Shown in pieces: positions 26,768 through 35,754 of a stretch of DNA of 51,912 nucleotides. A program made the position numbers and the translations under genes. How positions within the stretch are numbered: the first letter of the stretch is position 1; each line of letters starts with the position of its first letter. The stretch is from an uncultured Gammaproteobacteria bacterium (lineage in GTDB: Bacteria > Patescibacteriota > Microgenomatia > PFEM01 > JAPLYW01). The DNA is taken from positions 1-51,912 of the forward strand of contig CAZJJY010000001.1 of NCBI GenBank assembly GCA_964546445.1, given 5' to 3'. The notes beneath the pieces were generated by a model. That model saw nothing but the letters and a program-made list of their open reading frames with translations. It was not told the DNA's origin and searched no databases.

Positions 26768-27145
26768 ATGTTAAATAAAAAACTGAACTTATCAATTCGA
26801 AGTAGATCAATCCAGATTATTATTATCATAGCTGGTATCGGTCTTATAGTTAATCTTTCCAAAGATATCATGAGACTTTTAAGATCAGGGGATGAACTTA
26901 AATTAGCCGAGCAAAAGGTATTTGAATTAGAAGAGGAAAGGGTTTTATTAAAAGAAAAGAAGAAATATTATCAATCTGATGGTTTTGTTGAAGAAGTAGC
27001 TAGAAATAAGCTTAATATGTCTAAGGAAGGGGAAACAATTGTTATTCTTCCTGAAGACGTTAAGGGTATTTTAGGGACTAAAGATTCTCAGCTTCCTGAA
27101 TTTGTTCCTAGTTGGAAACAATGGGTTAATCTTTTTCTGGATTAA
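26768..27145 (+). CDS. Septum formation initiator family protein (FtsB/DivIC-like)
   Basis: 125-aa ORF with one TM helix, then a coiled coil LKLAEQKVFELEEERVLLKEKKKYY, then FVEEVARNKLNMSKEGETIVILP. Confidence 0.7.
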   Translation: MLNKKLNLSIRSRSIQIIIIIAGIGLIVNLSKDIMRLLRSGDELKLAEQKVFELEEERVLLKEKKKYYQSDGFVEEVARNKLNMSKEGETIVILPEDVKGILGTKDSQLPEFVPSWKQWVNLFLD

Positions 27146-27147
27146 TC

Positions 27148-27176
27148 TTGTTATAAGTCCTCTTTTTTGTTAAAAT
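27148..27176 (+). promoter_or_regulatory. Sigma70-like promoter (extended -10) for the tRNA pair
   Basis: TTGTTA (27148-27153), 17-nt spacer ending in TGT, then TAAAAT (27171-27176). The predicted start is a few nt before the tRNA 5' end at 27189. Confidence 0.45.
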
Positions 27177-27188
27177 CAGTTCACGTCG

Positions 27189-27261
27189 TGCGGGGTAGTG
27201 TACGGTAGCACGTGAGGCTCATAATCTCACAGACCGGGTTCAACTCCCGGCCCCGCAACCA
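27189..27261 (+). tRNA. tRNA with CAU anticodon (Met; initiator-like acceptor and T arm), CCA encoded
   Basis: Acceptor TGCGGGG/CCCCGCA, discriminator A, encoded CCA (27259-27261). D stem GTGT/GCAC with a 6-nt loop. Anticodon stem TGAGG/TCTCA, loop CTCATAA (CAT at 27220-27222). T stem CCGGG/CCCGG with a TTCAACT loop. Confidence 0.8.
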
Positions 27262-27262
27262 A

Positions 27263-27336
27263 GACAGGGTAGCTCAGCTGGTTAGAGCATTGGATTCATA
27301 AACCAAAGGTCGTGGGTTCAAATCCCACCCCTGTCA
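27263..27336 (+). tRNA. tRNA with CAU anticodon (elongator Met or Ile2-type)
   Basis: Acceptor GACAGGG/CCCTGTC, D arm GCTC-AGCTGGTTA-GAGC, anticodon stem TTGGA/ACCAA (A31xA39 mismatch), loop TTCATAA (CAT at 27297-27299), T arm GTGGG-TTCAAAT-CCCAC, discriminator A. No CCA. Confidence 0.85.
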
Positions 27337-27341
27337 CAGGA

Positions 27342-27366
27342 CCACTTCTTTTAGAGGTGGTTTTTT
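27342..27366 (+). terminator. Rho-independent terminator after the tRNA pair
   Basis: Stem CCACTTC/GAGGTGG (one G-U pair), loop TTTTA, then TTTTTT. Confidence 0.7.
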
Positions 27367-27383
27367 GTTAGAATAACCCTATT

Positions 27384-28364
27384 ATGAGTAGAAAAAGAGT
27401 TTTTTCTGGTATCAGATCAACTGGGAGATTGCATATAGGTAATTATTTTGGAGCAGTTAAGGGAATGCTTGAACTTCAAGAAACCCATGACTGTATTTTT
27501 GGTGTGGTCGATTATCATGGGATAACAACCCCTTTTGATCCTAAAAACATGCAGGAAGAAATTAGGGATGTTATTTTAGACTATTTAGCTGCCGGTTTGG
27601 ATTCGAAAAAATGTCATCTAATGATTCAATCTCAAGTCCCTGAACATGTGGAGCTTTCCTATTTTTTTGCTACTATTTTTCCAGTTTCAAGGTTAGAGCA
27701 ATTACCTACTTATAAGGACAAGAAATTAGAAAATCCTGATTATGTTAATTTAGGTCTTCTATATTATCCAATTTTAATGGCCGCCGATATTTTAATCTAT
27801 AAAGCAGAAGAAGTTCCCGTCGGAAAAGATCAACTACCTCATATTGAGCTGAGTAGAGAAGTGGCCAGAAAATTTAATGTCATGTTCAAGAAGATATTTC
27901 CTGAACCACAAGCTTTTCTAACTAAAGGTGCTTTAATCCCTTCTTTGTTAGGAGAAGGCAAGATGAGTAAATCAATAAGAGGAAGTTATATTTTATTAAC
28001 TGATGATTTAAAAACGATTAAAGAAAAGTTATCCAAAGCGCCGACTGATTCTGGCTCTGGTAAAAATATTCCTCAAGAAGGTGGAGTAGCTAATTTACTT
28101 GTTTTTGTTGAGCTTTTTATGGGTAAAAAAACGAGAGAAGATTACGAAAAACAATATTTGGGAAAAGGAATTAAATATTCAGATCTTAAAGAAAAATTAG
28201 CTCAAGTTATCTTTAAAGCTTTAAAACCAATCCAAGAAAAAAGAACCCTTTTTGAAAAAAATTCTAAATTAGTGGATGAGATTTTAGAAGAGGGAAGAGT
28301 TTATTGTTCAAAGATTGCCAAAGAAACTTTGTCTGAGGTTAAAAAAACCATGGGTTTAGCTTGA
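27384..28364 (+). CDS. trpS: Tryptophan--tRNA ligase
   Basis: 326-aa ORF with the HIGH-type motif GRLHIGNYFGA, KMSKS, and the typical class Ic length. Confidence 0.92.
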   Translation: MSRKRVFSGIRSTGRLHIGNYFGAVKGMLELQETHDCIFGVVDYHGITTPFDPKNMQEEIRDVILDYLAAGLDSKKCHLMIQSQVPEHVELSYFFATIFPVSRLEQLPTYKDKKLENPDYVNLGLLYYPILMAADILIYKAEEVPVGKDQLPHIELSREVARKFNVMFKKIFPEPQAFLTKGALIPSLLGEGKMSKSIRGSYILLTDDLKTIKEKLSKAPTDSGSGKNIPQEGGVANLLVFVELFMGKKTREDYEKQYLGKGIKYSDLKEKLAQVIFKALKPIQEKRTLFEKNSKLVDEILEEGRVYCSKIAKETLSEVKKTMGLA

Positions 28365-28399
28365 ATTTGAAGCTATTTTTATGGTAAGATAAAAACTCA

Positions 28400-30247
28400 A
28401 TGGCAGAGAAAAACAAACCTCCACAAGGTCCAAAAAAGAAATACGAATTTAAATTCCGGTTAAATTTAAGGAATACCCTTCTTTGGGTATTTGTTTTGGT
28501 CGTTTTTTCTTCCTTTTTATTCTCTTTTCCTATGCAATCTGGGGAAAAAGAAGAAGAAATTGCCCTATCTCAAGTCTTAGTTGATATTAAAGAAAATAAA
28601 ATTAAAGAGATTGAATTAGAAGATAATAAGATTAATTTAATCTACGAAGATGAAACGAAGAAATTTTCTCGTAAAGAAGCAGAAATTAGTTTTGCTGAAG
28701 TTTTAAGTTCAGAAGATATTGATCCTTCATCCGTTAATGTTTCTGTCAAAGATACTTCTTTATCCAGAGTTTGGATAAACATCTTATCAGGAATACTACC
28801 TTTTATATTATTGGTTGTCTTTTTCTTCTTTATTTTTAAACAAGCTAGGGGAGCACAAGATTCTATCTTTTCCTTTGGCCGTTCTAAAGCACAGCTCTTT
28901 TCTAAAGGGAAACAATCAATGACATTTAGAAATGTAGCCGGAGTTGATGAAGCCAAAAGAGAACTTGAAGAAGTAGTTGATTTCTTAAAACATCCGGCGA
29001 AATATAAAAAATTAGGGGCGAGAACTCCTAAGGGGGTTTTATTAGTTGGACCATCCGGAACAGGAAAAACACTATTGGCCAAAGCAGTTGCTGGAGAAGC
29101 CAATGTTCCTTTTTTCTCAATGGCTGGTTCAGAATTTATGGAAATGTTAGTTGGAGTCGGTGCATCCAGAGTAAGAGATTTATTCAATAATGCTAAAAAA
29201 GCATCTCCAGCCATAATTTTCATTGATGAGATTGATGCTATCGGAAGACAGAGAGGAACAGGAATGGGGGGCGGTGGTCATGACGAAAGAGAGCAAACTT
29301 TAAATCAGATTTTAGTGGAAATGGATGGGTTCTCTCCTTCAGATAATGTTATTATTTTAGCGGCAACTAACAGAGGTGACCTCTTAGATCCGGCTTTACT
29401 TAGACCGGGACGTTTTGATAGAAGGGTTGTTTTGGATTTACCTGATTTAGAAGATAGAAGAGCAATACTAAAAATTCATGCGAGGGGGAAACCATTTGTT
29501 AGAGGTGTTAATTGGGGTAATATTGCTAGAAGAACGGTTGGTTTTTCTGGAGCTGATTTAGAAAATATGCTTAATGAGGCTGCCATTTTAGCTGCCAGAA
29601 ATGGTAAAAAATCAATTAATAAAGATGATATTGAGGAGTCAGCTACTAAGGTTAAATTAGGCCCTGAGAAGAAAAGAATTCAGTCTGAAGAGGAGAGAAA
29701 AATGACTGCCTATCATGAAGCCGGGCACGCCATTGTTAGTCATAAATTACCTCATATTGACCCTGTTCACCGTATTTCCATTGTTTCTCGAGGAGCGGCC
29801 ATGGGCTTTACTTTAATTCCTCCTAAAAAAGATCGCTACACAGAAACAAAGAGTCATATGGTAGAAATGATTGCCACTTTGCTGGGGGGGAGAGCAGCTG
29901 AAGAATTGATTTTTAATGAGTTAACTGGTGGAGCAGCTTCTGATATCAGTCAAGCTACCAGGATTGCTCGTCAAATGGTTGTTGATTTTGGTATGAGTGA
30001 TTTAGGCCCTATCTATTTAGGTCCTCAATTTGAGACTAGTCTTGGTCATAGTTGGGCTCAGGCTGTGGAAATTAGTCCTGATATGCAAGCTAGGGTTGAT
30101 AAAGAAATTAAACAAATTGTTGATGACGCCTTTAAAAAAGCTTGTGATATTTTAAAGAAAAACAAAAAGAAATTAGATCTGGTTACTGAGAAATTGGTTA
30201 AGAAAGAAACCTTAGAAGGCGAAGAGTTTGAAAAATTAATGGAGTAA
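28400..30247 (+). CDS. ftsH: ATP-dependent zinc metalloprotease FtsH
   Basis: 615-aa ORF with two N-terminal TM helices, the AAA motifs [13 protein letters not shown] and IIFIDEIDA, and the zinc site HEAGHA. Confidence 0.95.
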   Translation: MAEKNKPPQGPKKKYEFKFRLNLRNTLLWVFVLVVFSSFLFSFPMQSGEKEEEIALSQVLVDIKENKIKEIELEDNKINLIYEDETKKFSRKEAEISFAEVLSSEDIDPSSVNVSVKDTSLSRVWINILSGILPFILLVVFFFFIFKQARGAQDSIFSFGRSKAQLFSKGKQSMTFRNVAGVDEAKRELEEVVDFLKHPAKYKKLGARTPKGVLLVGPSGTGKTLLAKAVAGEANVPFFSMAGSEFMEMLVGVGASRVRDLFNNAKKASPAIIFIDEIDAIGRQRGTGMGGGGHDEREQTLNQILVEMDGFSPSDNVIILAATNRGDLLDPALLRPGRFDRRVVLDLPDLEDRRAILKIHARGKPFVRGVNWGNIARRTVGFSGADLENMLNEAAILAARNGKKSINKDDIEESATKVKLGPEKKRIQSEEERKMTAYHEAGHAIVSHKLPHIDPVHRISIVSRGAAMGFTLIPPKKDRYTETKSHMVEMIATLLGGRAAEELIFNELTGGAASDISQATRIARQMVVDFGMSDLGPIYLGPQFETSLGHSWAQAVEISPDMQARVDKEIKQIVDDAFKKACDILKKNKKKLDLVTEKLVKKETLEGEEFEKLME

Positions 30248-30255
30248 AAACCCTA

Positions 30256-31185
30256 ATGAAAAGTTTGGTTCTTATTGACGGACATGCGATTCTTCATCGA
30301 GCTTATCATGCCTTCCCACTGACATTAACGACGAGAAAAGGGGAGATTGTCAATGCTGTTTATGGTTTTACTAGCATGCTTTTAAATGTTTTAGATAATC
30401 TAAAACCTGATTATTTAGCGGTGGCTTTTGATTTACCATATCCTACCTTTCGTCATCATGAATTTATTGGTTATCAAGCTCATCGTCCTGAGTCAGACAA
30501 AGAATTTAGAGACCAAATAAAGCGTGTTTATGAGGTCGTCAAGGCTTTAAATGTTCCTATTTTTACTAAGCGTGGTTTCGAAGCTGACGATGTTATCGGA
30601 ACTCTTTCAAAACAGGCTTCAAAAAAGAAAAATGTAGAGATTATTATTGTTACTGGTGATAAAGACATTATGCAATTGGTTGATAAAAGAGTAAAAGTCT
30701 ATACTCCTCAAAGGGGTTTTACTCAGGCAGAGATTTTTGGTCCTCAAAAAGTTAAAGAACATTTAGGTATTTCTCCTGATAAAATTATTGATTTCAAGGG
30801 TTTAGTTGGTGATCCTTCTGATAATTATCCAGGAGTTTTGGGAGTTGGACCTAAAACAGCTGCTACACTTTTAAATGAATATAAAACTCTTGAAGCTGTC
30901 TATAAAAATATTGATAAAATCAAGCCTTTATTAGCTGAAAAACTTAAAACAGGAAAAGAAAATGCCTTGCTTTCTCAAAAATTAGCCACTATTATCAGAA
31001 ATGTTTCTGTTAAACTTAATTTAAAGGAATGTCAGGTTCATGATTATGATCATCAAAAAATTGAAAGACTCTTTGAAGAATTAGAATTTAAGAGTTTGAT
31101 TAAAAAATTGCCTGGTCAAAAGAAAGAAGAAGAGAAGAAACAAAAAGAGAAAGAAGATAAAAATAAACAAATGCAATTAGTATGA
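30256..31185 (+). CDS. Stand-alone 5'-3' exonuclease / flap endonuclease (Pol I N-terminal domain homologue)
   Basis: 309-aa ORF with LIDGHAILHRAYHA, GFEADDVIG, TGDKDIMQL and the H3TH motif GVLGVGPKTAATLL. No polymerase domain follows. Confidence 0.85.
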   Translation: MKSLVLIDGHAILHRAYHAFPLTLTTRKGEIVNAVYGFTSMLLNVLDNLKPDYLAVAFDLPYPTFRHHEFIGYQAHRPESDKEFRDQIKRVYEVVKALNVPIFTKRGFEADDVIGTLSKQASKKKNVEIIIVTGDKDIMQLVDKRVKVYTPQRGFTQAEIFGPQKVKEHLGISPDKIIDFKGLVGDPSDNYPGVLGVGPKTAATLLNEYKTLEAVYKNIDKIKPLLAEKLKTGKENALLSQKLATIIRNVSVKLNLKECQVHDYDHQKIERLFEELEFKSLIKKLPGQKKEEEKKQKEKEDKNKQMQLV

Positions 31186-32315
31186 AAGTAGCCTTAGTTC
31201 ATGACTACCTTAAAGAATATGGAGGAGCAGAAAGGGTTTTGGAAGCCCTACATGAGATATGGCCAAAAGCCCCTATTTACACCGCTTTTTGTGATCGGGG
31301 ATCTTCGGCTGGTCAAGTTTTTGCCCAAGCTAAAATAGTTGAATCGTGGTTGGCACCATTGTTAAAGTTTAAAAGTTTTTATAGTCCTCTGCGTTTTTTA
31401 GCTCCGATAGTTTGGCGAAGTTTTGATTTTTCTCAATATGATGTGGTAATTGCCTCTGCTTCTTGGTACATTACTCGTGGTTTTAAAGTTGGACCTAAAA
31501 CCAAGGTTTTTTGTTATTGTCATACGCCACCACGTTACCTTTATGGTTATCAGACCTCCTTGGAATGGCAACGTTATTGGCTAGTGCGGGTTTATGCTCT
31601 AATTGTTAACCATTTTTTACGTCTTTACGATTTTCGCTCAGCTCAGACGGTAGATCATTTTATTGTTAATTCTCGCAACACTCAAGGACGAGTAAAGAAA
31701 TTTTATCGTCGCGATTCAAGCATTATTTACCCACCGGCGGAAGTAGAAAAAATCAAAAAAGCGACCTTAGGTTTAAAACAAAAAAACTATTTTTTGGTTG
31801 TTTCTCGGGTAGTTGGAGCCAAGGGAATTGATCTGGCGATTAAAGCTAGTAGCAAGCTCAAAATTCCTTTAAAAATTATTGGTGAAAAAGCTGGTTTACA
31901 TTGGCTAAACCAAGATTTAAAAAATTTAAAGAGTCGTTGGGTTGAATTTACTGGTCGGGTTACGGATCAAGAACTTTATCGTTATTATGGTCAGGCTAAA
32001 GCCTTTTTAGCTTTAGCAACTGATGAAGATTTTGGTATTACGCCGGTTGAAGCTATGGCATCTGGGCGGCCAGTAATTGCTTATCGTGGGGGTGGTTATT
32101 TGGAGTCAGTTTTAGAAGGTAAAACAGGTGAATTTTTTGATTATCCAACAACAGAAAGTTTAATTAAAATTTTAAAGAATTTTAAGGCCAGTAAATATAA
32201 ATCAGAGGATTGTTACCTTCAAGCAAAGAAGTTTAGCAAGGAACGTTTTCAGAAGGAAATAAAAACCTTTGTAGCAAAAAATTATGCCAGAACTACCAGA
32301 AGTAGAAACAATTAG
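31182..32315 (+). CDS. GT-B fold glycosyltransferase (family 4-like)
   Basis: 377-aa ORF with the C-terminal EX7E-type region EDFGITPVEAMASGRPVIAYRGGG. ATGA overlap upstream and a 32-nt overlap with fpg downstream. Confidence 0.8.
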   Translation: MKVALVHDYLKEYGGAERVLEALHEIWPKAPIYTAFCDRGSSAGQVFAQAKIVESWLAPLLKFKSFYSPLRFLAPIVWRSFDFSQYDVVIASASWYITRGFKVGPKTKVFCYCHTPPRYLYGYQTSLEWQRYWLVRVYALIVNHFLRLYDFRSAQTVDHFIVNSRNTQGRVKKFYRRDSSIIYPPAEVEKIKKATLGLKQKNYFLVVSRVVGAKGIDLAIKASSKLKIPLKIIGEKAGLHWLNQDLKNLKSRWVEFTGRVTDQELYRYYGQAKAFLALATDEDFGITPVEAMASGRPVIAYRGGGYLESVLEGKTGEFFDYPTTESLIKILKNFKASKYKSEDCYLQAKKFSKERFQKEIKTFVAKNYARTTRSRNN

Positions 32316-33099
32316 AAGAGATCTTAAAAGTTTAATTTTAAATCTCAAGGTTTTAGATATCTCAACAGATTCTCCAAAACAAGTTCAACCTTCTTTAAAA
32401 GAGGTTAAAAAAGCTCTTTTAGGAAGAAAGATAAAGGATATTAAACGTAGAAGCAAGGTTTTACAAATCTTTTTTAGTAATGGAGTTATTATTCTTATCC
32501 ATCTGAAATTAAACGGAAGACTTTTGGTTAGGGATAAGAGTGATGGAAAAGATAAATGGCAACATATAACTCTTTCTTTATCAAATGATAAAGAGCTTCG
32601 TTTCTCTGATTCGCGTAAATTTGGTTGGTGGAAATTAATCAAAAATAAAGAGGAGTTAGAAAAAGTTTTAAGTGATTTTGGACCAGAGTTTTTAGACGAT
32701 CTTGATTTTGAAAAATTTAAAGAAATTTTATCTTCAACGAGAAGAAATATTAAGGTTATTTTAATGGATCAAAAAGTCATGTCTGGGGTAGGTAATATTT
32801 ATGCTAATGATGCTTTGTTTTTAGCCGGTATCGATCCCAGAAGAACAGCTGATAAGATTTCTTCAGACGAGATAAAGAAACTTTTTAATGCTTTAGAAAA
32901 GGTTTTAAAGGCAGGCCTTAAATACAGAGGGGCTTCTGATCAATATTATTTAGATGCTCGAGGCCAAAAAGGTTCTTACCAAAACCACTTTTTAGTTTAT
33001 GGTAAAACAGGGCAGAAATGTCTTAATTGTCAAGATAAAATAAAAAGAATTGTCGTTGGAGGAAGAGGGACTTTTTATTGTCCTTCTTGTCAAAAATAA
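32284..33099 (+). CDS. mutM: Formamidopyrimidine-DNA glycosylase
   Basis: The N-terminus MPELPEVE carries the catalytic Pro2/Glu3. H2TH region and a C-terminal zinc finger CLNC...CPSC. Confidence 0.9.
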   Translation: MPELPEVETIRRDLKSLILNLKVLDISTDSPKQVQPSLKEVKKALLGRKIKDIKRRSKVLQIFFSNGVIILIHLKLNGRLLVRDKSDGKDKWQHITLSLSNDKELRFSDSRKFGWWKLIKNKEELEKVLSDFGPEFLDDLDFEKFKEILSSTRRNIKVILMDQKVMSGVGNIYANDALFLAGIDPRRTADKISSDEIKKLFNALEKVLKAGLKYRGASDQYYLDARGQKGSYQNHFLVYGKTGQKCLNCQDKIKRIVVGGRGTFYCPSCQK

Positions 33100-34164
33100 A
33101 TGATTTTAGAAGAATTAAATTTAAAAGATTTTAGAAATTATTCCCAAAAGGAATTTAAATTTAGAACCAATTCAACCTTACTTGTAGGGCAAAATGCAGT
33201 GGGGAAAACGAATATTTTAGAAGCGATTTATCTCTTAGCTACAGGTAAAAGTTTTCGGGCTCAAAAAGGAGAGGAAATGATTCGTTATGGCCATAATCTA
33301 TCCAGATTAAGGGCAAAGATCAGCAATATTGAAGGAGAAGAAGATTTGGAAATTGTTTTAACAACCGGAGAAATTTTAGGGAAAAGAGTTCCTAAAAAAA
33401 GATATTTAGTTAATGGAATTCCAAGACGAATGATGGATTTTGTTGGTAATTTAAGGGTTGTTTACTTTGGCCCAGAAGATTTAAAGATTATTTTAAATAG
33501 TCCTTCAGTCCGTCGAGAATGGTTAGATTATGTTTTAGAACAAGCAGACAAAGAGTACAGAAGAGCAAATCTCTCTTATCAAAAGGGTTTAAGGCAAAGG
33601 AATAAGCTTTTAGAACAGGTTCGTGAACAGGGTAAACCTCGAGGTGTTCTTTTCTTTTGGGATAAGCTTTTAATTGAAAATGGAGGAATTATTAGCAGAA
33701 AAAGAGAGGAATTTATTGATTTTATTAATAGTCAACCTGATTATTTTGGTCAAATAGATGTTATTTATGATAAGAGTATTATTTCTCCACAACGCCTAGA
33801 AAGATATATTGGTAAAGAAATTGCTTCAGGTATGACTTTAGTTGGTCCTCATCGTGATGATTTTGATGTCAAAATAAAAAAAGGAGGGGAAGAAAGAAGC
33901 CTTCATACTTTTGGTTCTAGGGGAGAACAAAGAACAGCCATTTTTAGTTTAAAGTTAGCCGAATTAGAGTTTATGTTTGAAAAAACAAAAGAAAGACCAC
34001 TACTTCTTTTAGATGATATTTTTTCAGAGTTGGATTCTCATCGTCGAGAAAGATTATTAGAAGTCATTCCCAAACAACAAACAATTTTAAGTACAGCCGA
34101 TATAAATTTAGTCGAAAAAGAACATTTAAAGAAGCTGGACGTTATAAAATTGGGAGCAAGTTAG
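33100..34164 (+). CDS. recF: DNA replication/repair protein RecF
   Basis: 354-aa ORF with Walker A GQNAVGKTNILEAI, signature region GSRGEQRT and Walker B LLLLDDIFSELD. Confidence 0.88.
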   Translation: MILEELNLKDFRNYSQKEFKFRTNSTLLVGQNAVGKTNILEAIYLLATGKSFRAQKGEEMIRYGHNLSRLRAKISNIEGEEDLEIVLTTGEILGKRVPKKRYLVNGIPRRMMDFVGNLRVVYFGPEDLKIILNSPSVRREWLDYVLEQADKEYRRANLSYQKGLRQRNKLLEQVREQGKPRGVLFFWDKLLIENGGIISRKREEFIDFINSQPDYFGQIDVIYDKSIISPQRLERYIGKEIASGMTLVGPHRDDFDVKIKKGGEERSLHTFGSRGEQRTAIFSLKLAELEFMFEKTKERPLLLLDDIFSELDSHRRERLLEVIPKQQTILSTADINLVEKEHLKKLDVIKLGAS

Positions 34165-34436
34165 CCGTTTTTAACTCTTTCAGCTAATTTGCTTAGTTGG
34201 AGGGTAATGCCGACGGCTAAAATGGTGATAATAACGGCGTAAATAAGAAGAGAAATAACGCCTGAACCGACACTAATTTTAGTTTTAATGTAGTCGTTAA
34301 TAAAGGTTTTAATAAGCTCATTCCAAGCTAAAGCGGCGACTAAACCGAAACCAGTCGTTGCTAGTTTTAACATTTGGTTAATAACGGCAATCTGATATTT
34401 CTTTAAATTAGCCTTAGTTTTTTTAATGTGTGTCAT
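34161..34436 (-). CDS. Small two-helix membrane protein, hypothetical
   Basis: 91-aa ORF with a basic N-terminus and two hydrophobic helices. Convergent 4-nt overlap with recF. Confidence 0.4.
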   Translation of the reverse strand: MTHIKKTKANLKKYQIAVINQMLKLATTGFGLVAALAWNELIKTFINDYIKTKISVGSGVISLLIYAVIITILAVGITLQLSKLAERVKNG

Positions 34437-34478
34437 TTGGCCTTGAAAATTATCTCTAAAAATTAAATAATAGAACTG

Positions 34479-35540
34479 ATGTATTCTCCTAAGTTTACCA
34501 TAAATAATGAAATACTAGCCAACATTGGGCTTATTGAAGCGGCGAGAGAAGTAATTGAAAATGCTCCTTTAATCCCCATTTATGAAAGTCGTTTTGTTAA
34601 GGATGCCCTAGTCAGAACAGTTCATCATGGAACTCACCTAGAGGGAAATGATCTTTCTTTAAATGAAGTTAGAAAAGCTATTGAAGGAGAGCAAATAGTA
34701 GCTCGTGAGAGAGATATTCAAGAGGTTATTAATTATCGTAATGTTATAAAGTTTATTGAAGATCAAGAGAAAAAGGACAAGAGCCGTAAGTACACTCAGG
34801 GGATGCTTAAAAAAATTCATGGTTTAACTTGTGATCGTATTCTAGATGGTTTTATAGGGGAATACAGACAAACCCAGGTGGTAGTTAAAAATGGTTTTAC
34901 AGGAGAAGTAACTTTCAGACCACCTCCAGCGGTAGAAGTACCTTTTTTACTGGAAGATTTCTTTGAATGGCTTAATGGTTCTAAAGAAGCTCTGGTTAAT
35001 TCTGTTTTAAAAGCGGGTATAACTCACTATTATTTAGTTGCTGTCCATCCTTTTATTGAAGGAAATGGACGAACCGCTCGTGCTTTTGCTACTTTAGTCT
35101 TATTTTTTGAGAATTATGACATTAGAAAATTCTTTTCTTTAGAAGAATACTTTGATAAAGATGCCGCTTCTTATTATCAAGCTCTAGCTAACGTTTCTAA
35201 CCAATCAGCTGACTTAAATAAGCGTGATTTAACTCCTTGGTTAACTTATTTTACACAAGCAATGGCCGTTGAACTAACTAGAATTAAAGAAAAAATAAAG
35301 AAACTTTCTTCTGATTTGAAGATGAAGAGTAAAATAGGTGCACAAATACCATTAAACGAAAGACAAATGAAAATTATGGAATATTTACAGGTTAATGGTT
35401 CAATCACTACTCCTGAAGCTAGAAAAGTAGCTGTCAAATATTCAGACGATACAATCTTGCGTGACTTTAATTATTTCATTAAAAAAGGTATTCTTAAAAA
35501 AGAAGGTAGGACTAAATCGGCAAGGTATATTTTACGTTAA
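34479..35540 (+). CDS. Fic-family protein (AMPylase-type) with C-terminal winged-helix domain
   Basis: The canonical Fic motif HPFIEGNGRTAR is present. N-terminal helix with THLEGN. The C-terminal ~60 aa look like a wHTH (MKIMEYLQVNGSITTPEARKV...). Confidence 0.88.
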   Translation: MYSPKFTINNEILANIGLIEAAREVIENAPLIPIYESRFVKDALVRTVHHGTHLEGNDLSLNEVRKAIEGEQIVARERDIQEVINYRNVIKFIEDQEKKDKSRKYTQGMLKKIHGLTCDRILDGFIGEYRQTQVVVKNGFTGEVTFRPPPAVEVPFLLEDFFEWLNGSKEALVNSVLKAGITHYYLVAVHPFIEGNGRTARAFATLVLFFENYDIRKFFSLEEYFDKDAASYYQALANVSNQSADLNKRDLTPWLTYFTQAMAVELTRIKEKIKKLSSDLKMKSKIGAQIPLNERQMKIMEYLQVNGSITTPEARKVAVKYSDDTILRDFNYFIKKGILKKEGRTKSARYILR

Positions 35541-35558
35541 AAGCTTGTCAAAATTTAA

Positions 35559-35753
35559 ATGAAAACAACAGAACCTCAGTTTCTGTATATGATTCTAATT
35601 TTACCAACCTTGTTTGGTTTAACTTTGATCGGTGAAGGATTAAATAAAGTTTTAAAAGATGAAAAAACAGGTTGGACCTCAATTATTTTTGGAGTATTGT
35701 TCGTTGTTGTCGTCGTCTTTGCTTATTTGTTCTTCTCACAGAATTTAATTTAA
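35559..35753 (+). CDS. Small membrane protein, hypothetical
   Basis: 64-aa ORF with two hydrophobic helices. Its stop is 1 nt before the ligase ATG. Confidence 0.3.
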   Translation: MKTTEPQFLYMILILPTLFGLTLIGEGLNKVLKDEKTGWTSIIFGVLFVVVVVFAYLFFSQNLI

Positions 35754-35754
35754 A

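Noticed and set aside
27337-27383. A T-box leader upstream of trpS.
   Set aside because: Only 47 nt separate the tRNA from trpS. They are occupied by a simple terminator hairpin, which is far too short for a T-box.
28642-29223. Long antisense ORFs inside strong CDSs. The largest is 193 aa opposite ftsH. Others are 20092-20457, 40411-40743, 25262-25594, 9222-9512, 97-387, 16710-16937 and 50164-50385.
   Set aside because: The opposite or other frame carries unambiguous family motifs (AAA/HEAGH and others). These shadow ORFs are low-complexity and have no start context.
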